64,000 nt of DNA from Candidatus Falkowbacteria bacterium (GTDB lineage Bacteria > Patescibacteriota > Patescibacteriia > CAIXNZ01): NCBI GenBank assembly GCA_963774955.1, contig CAVZGV010000006.1:90855-154854 (forward strand), in the 5' to 3' direction. Made by a program: the position numbers and the translations under genes. The notes beneath the pieces were generated by a model. The model saw only the letters and a list, made by a program, of their open reading frames with translations. It searched no databases and had not been told where the DNA came from. Below are positions 10,628-20,509 of the stretch, one piece after another; within the stretch, counting starts at the first letter, position 1, and every line of letters begins with the position of its first letter.

Positions 10628-12187
10628 ATGTTAATCCAGAACCCTATGGAATTAATTCCCGTTATCGGGCTGGAAATTCATGTCCAGCTAAAAACTAAAT
10701 CAAAAATGTTTTGCTCCTGTGATAATAGCGGTGAAAACCAACCGGCTAATACTTGTATTTGCCCGATTTGCCTGGGTCATCCGGGAACTTTGCCCGTGGC
10801 TAATAAACAGGCGATTGAGTGGTCGGCCAAAACATCATTGGCCTTAAATTGTACTATAGAGGAATATTCCAAATTTGACCGTAAGCATTACTTTTATCCT
10901 GACCTGCCAAAGGCTTATCAAATTTCCCAATTTGACCAGCCCATCGGCAACAACGGTTATCTGTATATATTAAATCCTGAAATCAACGAAGAAGAGAAAA
11001 TCCGCATCAACCGCCTGCACCTTGAAGAAGACGCGGCCAAGCTTTTGCACACTAATACCAAAGGCTCCAGTCTGATTGATTATAATCGCGGAGGCACGCC
11101 CCTGATGGAAATCGTAACTGAACCAGATATTAAAACCCCAGCCCAGGCAAAACAATTTTTACAAGAATTACGCCAGATTATGCGCTATCTTGATGTTTCT
11201 GAGGCTGATATGGAAAAAGGTCATTTGCGCTGTGATGCCAATATTTCCCTGCATCCGATCGGAGAAGAAAAATTATACCCGAAAACAGAAATAAAAAATC
11301 TCAATTCATTTAAAATGGTGGAGAAAGCTTTGGAATATGAAATCCAACGGCAGACTAAAGCTTGGCTAGAAGGCAATCCCCCCAAGGATTTGACCACCCG
11401 CGGCTGGAATGATGCCAAGGGCATAACCGAAGAACAACGAACCAAAGAAGAAGCCCATGACTATCGTTATTTTCCGGAGCCAGATATTCCGCCTCTCCAT
11501 TTCAAGATCAACCAGGATACTGTTTGCTCTGATAAAGAAATTGCCATTGAGCTGGCCTGTTTAAAAGCAAATATTCCGGAACTTCCGGATGATAAGCGTA
11601 AAAGATTTATAACTGAATATGATATAAATTTAGATGAAGCTAACTTATTGACTGAAGATAAGGCTACGGCTGAATTTTATGAACAGGTTATTTCGGAATT
11701 AAAAGCCTGGATAGAAAATATGGAAGAACCGACCGATAAAAAATATACCTGGGAAGCCAACCGGCTCCAACTGACCAAGCTGGTCAGTAATTGGATTATC
11801 AATAACTTACTCCCCCTCTTAACCGAAAAACAAGTCAAGATTAAAGACATGAAACTAACAGCTGAAAACATGGCTGAATTAGTTTCCCTGATATTCTCCA
11901 AAAAACTGAATTATACTTCAGCCGTACAAATTTTACCCGCTATGCTAGATACTGGCGCTGATCCTTCGCATTTGATGAAGGATCTGAATCTGGGTCAAAT
12001 CTCTGATACTAAAGAGCTGGAAAATATTATTGATCAGGTTATTGAGGCAAATCCCAAGCCCGTAGAGGACTATAAAAAAGGCAAAGAAGCAGCCTTGCAA
12101 GCCGTAGTTGGCAAAGTCATGGCCCAAACTAAAGGTAAAGCTAATGCAGAACTTGTCTTACAGATTTTAAAGCAAAAATTATCTTAA
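10628..12187 (+). CDS. gatB: aspartyl/glutamyl-tRNA(Asn/Gln) amidotransferase subunit B
   Basis: N-terminus MELIPVIGLEIHVQLKTKSKMFCSC (GatB signature), with GatB/YqeY-like C-terminal region. Start trimmed from 10544 (which overlaps the upstream gene) to the Met at 10628/10646. Confidence 0.9.
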   Translation: MLIQNPMELIPVIGLEIHVQLKTKSKMFCSCDNSGENQPANTCICPICLGHPGTLPVANKQAIEWSAKTSLALNCTIEEYSKFDRKHYFYPDLPKAYQISQFDQPIGNNGYLYILNPEINEEEKIRINRLHLEEDAAKLLHTNTKGSSLIDYNRGGTPLMEIVTEPDIKTPAQAKQFLQELRQIMRYLDVSEADMEKGHLRCDANISLHPIGEEKLYPKTEIKNLNSFKMVEKALEYEIQRQTKAWLEGNPPKDLTTRGWNDAKGITEEQRTKEEAHDYRYFPEPDIPPLHFKINQDTVCSDKEIAIELACLKANIPELPDDKRKRFITEYDINLDEANLLTEDKATAEFYEQVISELKAWIENMEEPTDKKYTWEANRLQLTKLVSNWIINNLLPLLTEKQVKIKDMKLTAENMAELVSLIFSKKLNYTSAVQILPAMLDTGADPSHLMKDLNLGQISDTKELENIIDQVIEANPKPVEDYKKGKEAALQAVVGKVMAQTKGKANAELVLQILKQKLS

Positions 12188-12237
12188 AACACCTAAACGC
12201 AATAAAATAGCTAATTTTAGCTACCAAGAACCAATCT

Positions 12238-12266
12238 ATTGACATTTTTTAATAATTATGTTATAA
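12238..12266 (+). promoter_or_regulatory. consensus sigma70-type promoter
   Basis: TTGACA, 17 nt, TATAAT (ttgacattttttaataattatgttataat), followed by an aaaggag RBS before the 12312 ATG. Confidence 0.6.
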
Positions 12267-12311
12267 TGCAAACAGAAAATTCAATCTTAATTATTAAAGG
12301 AGACTAAACAT

Positions 12312-12809
12312 ATGGAAACACCAAAAACTCAAAAAGCTGACATGACTTATGAAGAACATTTAGCCGAATTAGCCAAACAAGAGGCTATGGCCAGAGCTGA
12401 AGAAAAAAAATTCCGCGCTAGTCCTAATGCCCTAGCGACCCGAGAACTTATTAAACATCAGGTCTTAGCGGATCTGCCAAAATTGATTGAACAAATGGAC
12501 AAGATCCAAATAACACCAAGGGACGAATTCACCCAAACTTTTTTACAGGTTAAGAGTATCATTAAAGGCCAAAAAGACGTTTCCAGCGAAGATGAAACCA
12601 GACAATTTGTGCCTAATGATGTTCCGCTGGTCTATCCAAAAATACTCGAAGCCTTTGCCATGGCTCACAAAATACTTCAGGATCCTAAACTCCCCAGAGA
12701 GGAAAAAGAAGAGATAAACAAAATGGTTCAACTCCTGCAGTCATTTCAAAGCTTTATTGAAGAACAGCCTGCTTATGCCCTCCAAATTCCTAAAAGCACA
12801 CGCCAATAA
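12312..12809 (+). CDS. hypothetical protein
   Basis: 165 aa charged/helical ORF with a strong promoter and RBS. No recognisable motif. Confidence 0.5.
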   Translation: METPKTQKADMTYEEHLAELAKQEAMARAEEKKFRASPNALATRELIKHQVLADLPKLIEQMDKIQITPRDEFTQTFLQVKSIIKGQKDVSSEDETRQFVPNDVPLVYPKILEAFAMAHKILQDPKLPREEKEEINKMVQLLQSFQSFIEEQPAYALQIPKSTRQ

Positions 12810-12853
12810 TAAAAGAAAAAGAGCTCACAGATTCATTCGGTGAGCTCTTTGTT

Positions 12854-13222
12854 TTATCCCTGGGTTAGGGATGAAGATTTGTTGGCTGATTCCCAGATAG
12901 GGCAACTTTTTTCTTCCTGTCTCGTCCTGGGGGTGATTTCGAACTTTTGGCTTTGATTGTCACAGATAACCTCGAGTGAAGTCGGCTGTCGCAATTTGCC
13001 CTTTTCCAGATCGCTGATGTCCAGCAGAATATTAAGTTCGTCTGGCCCGTGTTTTTCCCCTGAATCTTCAAGTAATCCTTGTCCAGTGCCTTCTACCAGA
13101 CATTTGTCCTGGAAATAGATTTTTATCCAGCTCTGGTCAAAAATTTGACGGCTGGCTTTGTCTAGGAGTTTAACGAGGATCCAAGGACCCCGCCAAACTA
13201 CTTCATCAATGCGAGGTAGCAT
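12854..13222 (-). CDS. hypothetical protein (GC-elevated)
   Basis: ORF with an aaggagggagg RBS immediately upstream of the ATG at 13222 (MLPRIDEVVWRGPW...). GC is noticeably above the flanks. A hairpin terminator at 12817-12849 is shared with the 12312 gene. Confidence 0.45.
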   Translation of the reverse strand: MLPRIDEVVWRGPWILVKLLDKASRQIFDQSWIKIYFQDKCLVEGTGQGLLEDSGEKHGPDELNILLDISDLEKGKLRQPTSLEVICDNQSQKFEITPRTRQEEKSCPIWESANKSSSLTQG

Positions 13223-13332
13223 GATCCTCCCTCCTTTCACATCTTGACGTTGTTATGCTAATACTTTTATGTTTATGTTTTAACTATAATAAATTTTTTT
13301 TCTTTTGTCAATGTGTTTCACCACAAATATTA

Positions 13333-14244
13333 CTATTTGTCAAATAACCATTTTTTCACTATTTTTACACTTTTTATAGTATTTTTGGTCCATTGGATCT
13401 CTCTATCTCGTCTAAACCAAGTACCCTGGCGTTTAGCATATTGATTAATGGCTATTTCCAGCAATTTAACCATCTCAGATTGGTCATTTATTAGCCCTCT
13501 AAGGTACCTGGAAATGAAACGGTATTCCAGTCCAAAATCATCCAAACGCTTCCAGGAAACGCCTTTTTTATGCAAATTTGCCACTTCCAGAATCATGCCC
13601 TGCTTTATCCTTTCTATTAGGCGTAAATGAATCCTTTGCCTTAATTCTTGCTTATCCCTTAAGACCCCGATTTTCAAGACATCATACTTGGCCACCCTAT
13701 TCTGAGGCTTTAAGACCTTTTGTCCATTTAAGGCCATTTCCACAGCGCGAATAAGCCGCCTCTTGTTATTGGGATCAATATCTTTGGCACGTTCTGGCCA
13801 AAGTTTTTTTAGTCTGTTAAATAATTCTGAAGCACTTAACTTCTCCAATTCTTTACGCAACTTCCAATCTGGCGCCACAGTCTCGGGCAGACCATAAAGT
13901 AACGCATCTATCCAAAAGCCGGTACCGCCGCAAATGATCGGTAACTTTCCTTTTTTAAATATTTCCTTGATTGCCTTATCCCCCATCTTCACAAACTTAG
14001 CCGCGCTAAACTGGGTATTGGGGGAAACCACGTCCAAAAGATAATGCTTAATACCCTGCATTTCCTTTTTGGTCACTTTGCCACTGCCAATATCCATGCC
14101 TTTATAAACCTGGCGCGAATCAGCTGAAATCACTTCCCCGTTAAACTTTTTGGCCAGTTCAATCGAAAGACTGGTCTTACCGCTGGCAGTCGGCCCGACA
14201 ATGACTAAAATTTTGGGTAATTTTATTTGTTTGCTATTCGACAT
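13333..14244 (-). CDS. miaA: tRNA dimethylallyltransferase
   Basis: P-loop ILVIVGPTASGKTSLSIELA, then SADSRQVYKGMDIGSGK, the canonical MiaA N-terminus. Confidence 0.9.
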   Translation of the reverse strand: MSNSKQIKLPKILVIVGPTASGKTSLSIELAKKFNGEVISADSRQVYKGMDIGSGKVTKKEMQGIKHYLLDVVSPNTQFSAAKFVKMGDKAIKEIFKKGKLPIICGGTGFWIDALLYGLPETVAPDWKLRKELEKLSASELFNRLKKLWPERAKDIDPNNKRRLIRAVEMALNGQKVLKPQNRVAKYDVLKIGVLRDKQELRQRIHLRLIERIKQGMILEVANLHKKGVSWKRLDDFGLEYRFISRYLRGLINDQSEMVKLLEIAINQYAKRQGTWFRRDREIQWTKNTIKSVKIVKKWLFDK

Positions 14245-14374
14245 ATAATATTTTTTTTGTTAAGCTAATTATAGGAATTTATTTGATTTTAGTCAAAATA
14301 TATCATAAAACCTATTTTAAAATTAGTAAATAATTAGTGATAATTCGTGTCTAAAAATTAGTGTTTAAGACCTT

Positions 14375-15343
14375 ATGAAACCTAAATACTCATTTATAAA
14401 TGTGCTAACGGGTTCTGACTTATCCATCCGTCGTCTGGCCTTAATGGAAATAAAAAGTACCAATCCAGGTCCGGTTATCTGGCTGACTGGCGCAGTCCAC
14501 GGTGATGAAGTCGGCGGTATTATTATTATTCAAGAAATTGTCAAATTACTAAAGAAAAATCCATTACTTAAAGGTTCAATTTATTCGTTTCCACTAATGA
14601 ACCCTATAGGCTTTGAAACAGCCTCCAGGGGTATTACCTTAAGTTCAGAAGATCTAAACCGTTCTTTTCCCGGTGATCATGAAGGCACCTTAGCCCAAAG
14701 AATAGCCGCCAAAATTTTTAATACTATTATCAAAACCAAACCCACGTTGGTTTTAGATATTCATAATGACTGGTTAAATTCTATCCCCTACACTCTAATT
14801 GATCCCTATCCTGGGGTTAAACATAAACTGGCGTATGAACAAAGTAAAAAACTCAGTAGCGAACTGGGCTTTATAGTTATTAATGAAAAAGAAGGCGTCA
14901 AAGATACTGAAATCTTAAAAACAACATTGTCTGGCAGCCTGATTGCCAATGATGTCCCGGCTTTAACCCTGGAGATCGGGGGCGCCATTCAAACAAAGGA
15001 AAAGGATATTCACGACGGTGTTAAAGCGCTCTGGGATCTACTGGCATCATTAAATATGGTAAAACCGCAAATGCAAGAATTTAATTTCCAGGTGCCTGAA
15101 AATTATTTAAACAAAATTTTAAGTTATTCTCACCAGCCAGATGCATCTGTCAGTGGTATTATCAGATTCTTGGTTAAGCCTGGTCAGGAAATAAAAAAGG
15201 GTCAACCACTGGCTAAAATTTATAATGTATTTGGCAAACTTGAAGAGACCCTAATTTGTCAAAATAATGGTGTGGTTCTAGGACATGCAGATTCGGCTGT
15301 CGCCTACCCCGGAGCTGAAATCTTAGCCTTTGGCATTTTATGA
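14375..15343 (+). CDS. succinylglutamate desuccinylase/aspartoacylase (AstE/AspA) family zinc hydrolase
   Basis: GAVHGDEVGG zinc-binding N-terminal motif and ~320 aa, typical of the family. Confidence 0.65.
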   Translation: MKPKYSFINVLTGSDLSIRRLALMEIKSTNPGPVIWLTGAVHGDEVGGIIIIQEIVKLLKKNPLLKGSIYSFPLMNPIGFETASRGITLSSEDLNRSFPGDHEGTLAQRIAAKIFNTIIKTKPTLVLDIHNDWLNSIPYTLIDPYPGVKHKLAYEQSKKLSSELGFIVINEKEGVKDTEILKTTLSGSLIANDVPALTLEIGGAIQTKEKDIHDGVKALWDLLASLNMVKPQMQEFNFQVPENYLNKILSYSHQPDASVSGIIRFLVKPGQEIKKGQPLAKIYNVFGKLEETLICQNNGVVLGHADSAVAYPGAEILAFGIL

Positions 15344-17040
15344 ACGAATTAAGCTTAACCACAATTTATATTATTGCTCTGGCCAAGATCGTACTCTTTA
15401 TTTATTTTGGAGTGACAATCTTTTTAATCTGGAAACATAAAAAGACATATTGGCATTTACTGGCAATTACTGCGGCGATTTTTTCCTTTTACTTTATTTT
15501 AGCCTGGCCTCTGCAAAAAATGTGGTGGGCCAATAACGGTGATGAAATGTTTACCGGCGCATTTTTAACCAGAGTTTTACATGGCCAAATCTTTTCGGAT
15601 TTTTATTATGGCTGGCTGGCTCCATTTTATCCGCCGCTATATTTCTGGGTTACCGGGACAATTTCGCGCTTATTTACTTCAAATGCGATTACAGCAGCAA
15701 AAATCGGCGTCCTGGGTACAATTTTAATCTGGTTTTTAGGATCATACTTCTGGCAAAAATTATGGCGGCAAAAAATTGATCAAACTAAAGAAAGAATTGC
15801 TATTTATAAGTCGCCCTGGTTTTGGCTTTTATTGCCCGTAATTTATTTTATCAGTCTGGATTTTGATAATATTATTGTTAAACCATATGAAACAGTCACT
15901 GCCCTATTCTGCGTTATATTAATAGGCTTGATTGCTGAATCATTTGACTGGCAGAAATGGAACTGGAAAAATTATTTATTTCTGGGAATTTCCGGTGGCT
16001 TATTATTCTTAACCTACTATTTCTGGTGGATAATGCTAATCCCGGTCATGTTCTATCTGGCCTTAACATCACGTACAAAAACATTGAACTTAAAACGAAT
16101 AATATTACTGGGATTCGTCATATTCGCATGTTCCGCAATGTACTTAATACCTTTATTCCTAAATTATTCGCATTTCGGCCTTGAGAACTGGCAGGCTGTC
16201 TTTTTTACCCCGACTGATTTTGTGACATTTGCCCCCTGGCTGACTTTGTCTTTAAAATCCTTAATTTTAATTACTGGCTTAATCGGTCTGATCGCTTTTG
16301 CCAAAGAAAAATTCATTAAAGCCAACTTGCTGGTTTTGATTACTGCCTTTATTTACCAATTTATAAATATAGTTATTTTTGTTCTAGGGCATAAACCTGT
16401 CCAATGCCAAAAACCATTCTTATTCCTTGGTGGCGCAACTTTAGGCATTGGCGCAACATATTTATTGATTTATATTTTCAATACTTACTTTAAGACCTTG
16501 GAAATAAAAAAAATCGCAGCCATTTGTTCGATTGTTATATTCTTTCCGCTATTACCAATGATAAAATTCATTGATGATCCGGTTGCTCTAATGCAAATCG
16601 AAAAGGATTTAACGCCGTCCAAGGTAATAACTTTAGTTGATACGATCAAAACCCAAGTTCCTGATTATACTAAACAAATTTGGCTTTCATCCGGTGTACC
16701 TGAAATTAATCTTTATTTACCTTTAAATTACTATATTGCTCATAATCCTCATTTCTCACAACCAGCCTCGCTTTATTCCCAGAGAATGGCCTTAATAAAT
16801 GAGTTGAGCCAGGCAACTTCTGCTGAAAACTTCCAAGCAATTATTAATTCAGCACAACCTCAAATTACTGCTCTACTTTTAGCTCCAGATGGTGACAATT
16901 ACTCTTTATATTTCTGGCAGGACAATTACCCCAATGCGGGTAAAGAACTAGTCGTCAAAATCCCTCAAAATTTAATTTCAGATCAATACTGGCAAAGTGT
17001 TTACACTGACAGCCAATGGCAAATATTTATCAAAAAATAA
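15340..17040 (+). CDS. large polytopic membrane protein, possible GT-C-type glycosyltransferase
   Basis: 566 aa with >10 hydrophobic helices and a hydrophilic C-terminal domain. The family assignment is inference only. Confidence 0.4.
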   Translation: MNELSLTTIYIIALAKIVLFIYFGVTIFLIWKHKKTYWHLLAITAAIFSFYFILAWPLQKMWWANNGDEMFTGAFLTRVLHGQIFSDFYYGWLAPFYPPLYFWVTGTISRLFTSNAITAAKIGVLGTILIWFLGSYFWQKLWRQKIDQTKERIAIYKSPWFWLLLPVIYFISLDFDNIIVKPYETVTALFCVILIGLIAESFDWQKWNWKNYLFLGISGGLLFLTYYFWWIMLIPVMFYLALTSRTKTLNLKRIILLGFVIFACSAMYLIPLFLNYSHFGLENWQAVFFTPTDFVTFAPWLTLSLKSLILITGLIGLIAFAKEKFIKANLLVLITAFIYQFINIVIFVLGHKPVQCQKPFLFLGGATLGIGATYLLIYIFNTYFKTLEIKKIAAICSIVIFFPLLPMIKFIDDPVALMQIEKDLTPSKVITLVDTIKTQVPDYTKQIWLSSGVPEINLYLPLNYYIAHNPHFSQPASLYSQRMALINELSQATSAENFQAIINSAQPQITALLLAPDGDNYSLYFWQDNYPNAGKELVVKIPQNLISDQYWQSVYTDSQWQIFIKK

Positions 17041-17041
17041 A

Positions 17042-17068
17042 AGCGGTTCTCCAGGAACCGCTTTTAAA
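17042..17068. terminator. bidirectional hairpin terminator
   Basis: aaAGCGGTTCtccaGGAACCGCTttt, lying between convergent genes. Confidence 0.65.
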
Positions 17069-17076
17069 ATATCCGA

Positions 17077-17931
17077 CTATTTATTCGCTTTTTCAATCAT
17101 ACTCCGTACCTTGGCAATATGCTCATCGTATTTTGCCAGGATACGTTTTTTGTATTTGTCGGCATTTTGTACATTTTTCTTGGCAGCAATCAGGTAGCGC
17201 AGAGCGTTCTTCGGTTTAGCCTCGAAAAGAAAACTATGTACCAGCTCCTGATATAGTTCTACTATACGTAGCAGGTTAAAATTCTTTTCCTGCATGCGTA
17301 TCTCTAGTCTCAAGTCCTTACGACCGCTGCCAGAAGGCCATTTTGCTTTTTGTTCGTGCAGTTCCTCAATGTAGCATATTGTGCTATGCATCCGCTGCAA
17401 AAATTCTGTCGAGACTTTGCATCCCCGACGTCTTTTGGCAATTTCCTCTGCAATAAATGCCCTGGCAAGGTCTCTGTTTTCGGAAGACAACTGGTTTGTT
17501 TTTTTTGTTGACGCCACTATGCGTTCTAGAGGCTGAATCTGCCTGTCGAGCTGCGCCAGAAGTTTTTTTCTGTTCCAATCGCCATCTTGTATTTTGCTTC
17601 TATTTTTACGTAGAAACCTCAAAGCGCTTTCAGGCCTGCTTAGTTCTTCAAACTTATACGCGATCAGTTGCAAGTACGTGGCAACACGCGACAGGTCACA
17701 CTGTAACTCAGCCTCTTTAACCTGCTGCCAAAATTCTTTACGCTCCTTCTGGGAATACCGCTCCTTTTGGCTGGATGTGAGTCTCAAGGCAGCTTCTAAC
17801 TGTTTGTGAACTTCAGACACAAAACCGGCCGCCTGACCATTGCCCTTGAGTTTTTCCATCATCTCTTCAGTAAGATATAAAGCGCATAATTCCCGGTTGA
17901 ACCTTGCCTGGTCACCTTTTTTGCTCATCAC
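17077..17931 (-). CDS. hypothetical protein (GC-rich islet)
   Basis: 284 aa helical/charged protein. GC is clearly elevated and spurious opposite-strand ORFs appear, as is typical of GC-rich inserts. Confidence 0.5.
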   Translation of the reverse strand: MMSKKGDQARFNRELCALYLTEEMMEKLKGNGQAAGFVSEVHKQLEAALRLTSSQKERYSQKERKEFWQQVKEAELQCDLSRVATYLQLIAYKFEELSRPESALRFLRKNRSKIQDGDWNRKKLLAQLDRQIQPLERIVASTKKTNQLSSENRDLARAFIAEEIAKRRRGCKVSTEFLQRMHSTICYIEELHEQKAKWPSGSGRKDLRLEIRMQEKNFNLLRIVELYQELVHSFLFEAKPKNALRYLIAAKKNVQNADKYKKRILAKYDEHIAKVRSMIEKANK

Positions 17932-18047
17932 GACCTCCTTCTGAAAAAAATTAAAGAACCTAATTTAAAATTAACAATTTCAGAAACTAATGTCAATTAT
18001 AAAAGCGACCCCTCGCGTGGGACCGCTTTATGCAAATCATTCGACTT

Positions 18048-18251
18048 TCACTTGATCCATTTGTCTAATGGACTTTTCTTTTTACATTTTGGGCACTTGG
18101 CTTCCTGTCCGTAAGGAACCACAATGCCGCCTAAACTCCGAAATGACTCTTTTTCTGCCGATGTCAATTTTGATTCCGGAGTGAATACTAGGATTAAAAC
18201 CGTCTCCCCGCATTCACATTTGAGCTTAATAAACTTTATTTTCCAGTTCAT
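18048..18251 (-). CDS. small zinc-ribbon protein
   Basis: 67 aa with CxC...CxxC (KCECGE...CPKCKKK), flanked by hairpin terminators at ~18004-18035 and ~18325-18356. Confidence 0.4.
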   Translation of the reverse strand: MNWKIKFIKLKCECGETVLILVFTPESKLTSAEKESFRSLGGIVVPYGQEAKCPKCKKKSPLDKWIK

Positions 18252-18356
18252 CTCATCCTCCTTTTGTTTTACTAGTTTACTTTCACTATAGCTTACGTAA
18301 TAGATATTTTATTGTCAAATTATAAAAGCGGACCCGGCTGGGCCCGCTGGTTTTGT

Positions 18357-18938
18357 TCATTTCACTCTTTTTGACTTTTTCTTGGCCGTAACTTTTGGCC
18401 GTTTTAAAGCCGAAGTAACCATTCTTTTAATTTTCCTGAGATCACTTTTAGCTGCGACATCACCTGCCTTAGCCTTTTTGACCAAAGTCTTAATTTGGGC
18501 AAAAAACATCTCCCCGGATTTTTTCAGTAATAATTGCTCGGCGTTGATAGCCAATCTGTCCGAAGCGTCCTTGAGTTCCTGGACTCGCAACGAATATTGT
18601 ATCGCCTCCCGCTCAAGCCCCAATTTCATAAAAGACGAATATATAAGCTCATAAGCTTCGAGGCACTCGGGAGCGTAAGTTACAACGTTTTTTAAAATTC
18701 CAACTGCCTTGCTATAATAACCATCCTTAATGAATAATTTAGCGGCAGTCAGATGAGTGTCTTGGGCCAAAAGAAACTTGCCTTGTTCTTGATAAATATT
18801 AGCTAATTTAGTAAAAGCTAACACATCTTCCTTACCTTCACCTGCAAGATAATCCCGCAGCAAACCGACTGCTTCATTTAACCGTCTATCTCTTACTAAA
18901 CGCATAACCCGATATAATGTATCAGCACGATCTTTCAT
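18357..18938 (-). CDS. TPR-like repeat protein with a basic C-terminal tail
   Basis: Helical repeats (LAFTKLANIYQEQGKFLLAQDTHLTAAKLFIKDGYYSKAVGILKNV) and a lysine-rich C-terminus. Confidence 0.45.
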   Translation of the reverse strand: MKDRADTLYRVMRLVRDRRLNEAVGLLRDYLAGEGKEDVLAFTKLANIYQEQGKFLLAQDTHLTAAKLFIKDGYYSKAVGILKNVVTYAPECLEAYELIYSSFMKLGLEREAIQYSLRVQELKDASDRLAINAEQLLLKKSGEMFFAQIKTLVKKAKAGDVAAKSDLRKIKRMVTSALKRPKVTAKKKSKRVK

Positions 18939-19080
18939 TTGCCTACCTCCTGTAAAAGTTATTCTATCAAAAAAAACTATCTATGGACAACTTATCAAAA
19001 CATAATTATCTTGTCAATTAACGAAAAAATAATCTGGCGCATATATTAACATATCTAGTTTTTTAAAAATAAAAGCGACT

Positions 19081-20379
19081 TTATGGGATTAATTCACCCT
19101 CTAGTCCAAAACTCTTAGCCTTAATAACTTTTACCTTAACAAATTTTCCAAGTAATTTTTTTTCTGTGCAAAACTTAATAACCTTAAACGTCTTAGTTTT
19201 GCCCAACCATAAATCGCCTTTGCCCTTTCGTTCAACCAAAACCTCCACAACCTGACCGACTAACTTTTTATTATAAGCCAAGGCAGTCTGCTTTAAAATC
19301 TCATTCAATTCACGTCCCCGCCTCTCTTTTTCAGCGTGAGTAACTGTTTCTTTCATTTTAGCTGAGGCCGTGCCTTCACGCGGTGAATACTGGTTCAAAT
19401 ACGCCATGTCGTATTTTACATCCTTAAATAATTTAACTGAATTGGCAAAATGTTTCTTGGTTTCACCGGGAAAGCCGATAATTATATCTGTAGAAAGTGA
19501 TATTCCCGGAATATTTTTTCTAATTTTTTTAACCAAATCTTTATATTGCTTAACCGTATACTTACGATTCATCTTTTTCAAAATCATATCATCCCCTGCC
19601 TGCACCGGTAAATTTAAAAAAGGACAAATTTTTTTGTTATTGGCAATTACCTTTATTAATTTGTCAGATAAATCCTTGGGGTGACTGGTCATAAACGATA
19701 ACCAAAAATTTCCCGGCAACTTGGCAATATACTCCAGCAAATCCGGAAAGTCTTTAATGCCCACAGCTCTTAGCTTAGAGCCATGGGCTTTGGGCTGAGG
19801 GCCATAAGAATTAACGTTCTGACCAAGTAAAATAATTTCCTTATACCCTTTTTTAATCAGGTCTTTAACTTCTTTAATCACTTCCTCCGGAGGCCGTGAC
19901 ATTTCCCTACCGCGCACATAAGGCACAATGCAATAAGCACAAAAATTATTACAGCCGGTCATAATCGGCACATAGGCAGTAAATTTACTTTCATATTTAG
20001 GTTTAACAGATAAGTACGATTCAATTTCTTCCTTAGTCGGCTTTAAGCCCAAAAGCCGCGGCAATTTACCCAGGTCATTAATGTCCAAAAAAATATCCAC
20101 ACCGGTCATTTTCTTAACCACCTCCTTCCGTAACGCCATGCAACCGGTAAGAATAATTTTGAATTTTTTACCCTTGGCCTTAAGTCGCTTCAAATTATGA
20201 ACAATCCCCCAGACCCGATCCTCTGCAGACTGACGAACTGAACAGGTCACAAAAATTACCAAATCCGCTTCGTCGCGTAATTCGGTTCTATTATAGCCGA
20301 GATTGCCCAAAACCGACTCAATCCTCTCGGCATCGCTTTTGTTCATTTGGCAGCCGTATATGTAGAGAAAATATTTCAT
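19081..20379 (-). CDS. miaB: tRNA methylthiotransferase, MiaB family (radical SAM MTTase)
   Basis: N-terminal MTTase domain (IYGCQMNKSD), radical SAM CNNFCAYC and a C-terminal TRAM-like region. miaA is nearby. Confidence 0.8.
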   Translation of the reverse strand: MKYFLYIYGCQMNKSDAERIESVLGNLGYNRTELRDEADLVIFVTCSVRQSAEDRVWGIVHNLKRLKAKGKKFKIILTGCMALRKEVVKKMTGVDIFLDINDLGKLPRLLGLKPTKEEIESYLSVKPKYESKFTAYVPIMTGCNNFCAYCIVPYVRGREMSRPPEEVIKEVKDLIKKGYKEIILLGQNVNSYGPQPKAHGSKLRAVGIKDFPDLLEYIAKLPGNFWLSFMTSHPKDLSDKLIKVIANNKKICPFLNLPVQAGDDMILKKMNRKYTVKQYKDLVKKIRKNIPGISLSTDIIIGFPGETKKHFANSVKLFKDVKYDMAYLNQYSPREGTASAKMKETVTHAEKERRGRELNEILKQTALAYNKKLVGQVVEVLVERKGKGDLWLGKTKTFKVIKFCTEKKLLGKFVKVKVIKAKSFGLEGELIP

Positions 20380-20388
20380 AGACTAAAT

Positions 20389-20502
20389 GAGCGAAAACAG
20401 ACGCTCTTTGTCATTCAGAGTGTAACGAAGAATCCATGGATTCCAGGATTCCACGCTTTGCTCTGAATGACGATTACAGACAAAGAGCGTCTGTTTTCGC
20501 TC
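20389..20502. repeat. long palindromic intergenic element, family 1 (copy 1)
   Basis: gagcgaaaacagacgctctttgtc...cattcagagtg...ctctgaatgacg...gacaaagagcgtctgttttcgctc: nested perfect inverted repeats between thrS and miaB. The core cattcagag/ctctgaatg is shared with copies at 43905 and 61797. Confidence 0.8.
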
Positions 20503-20509
20503 TGTAAAT

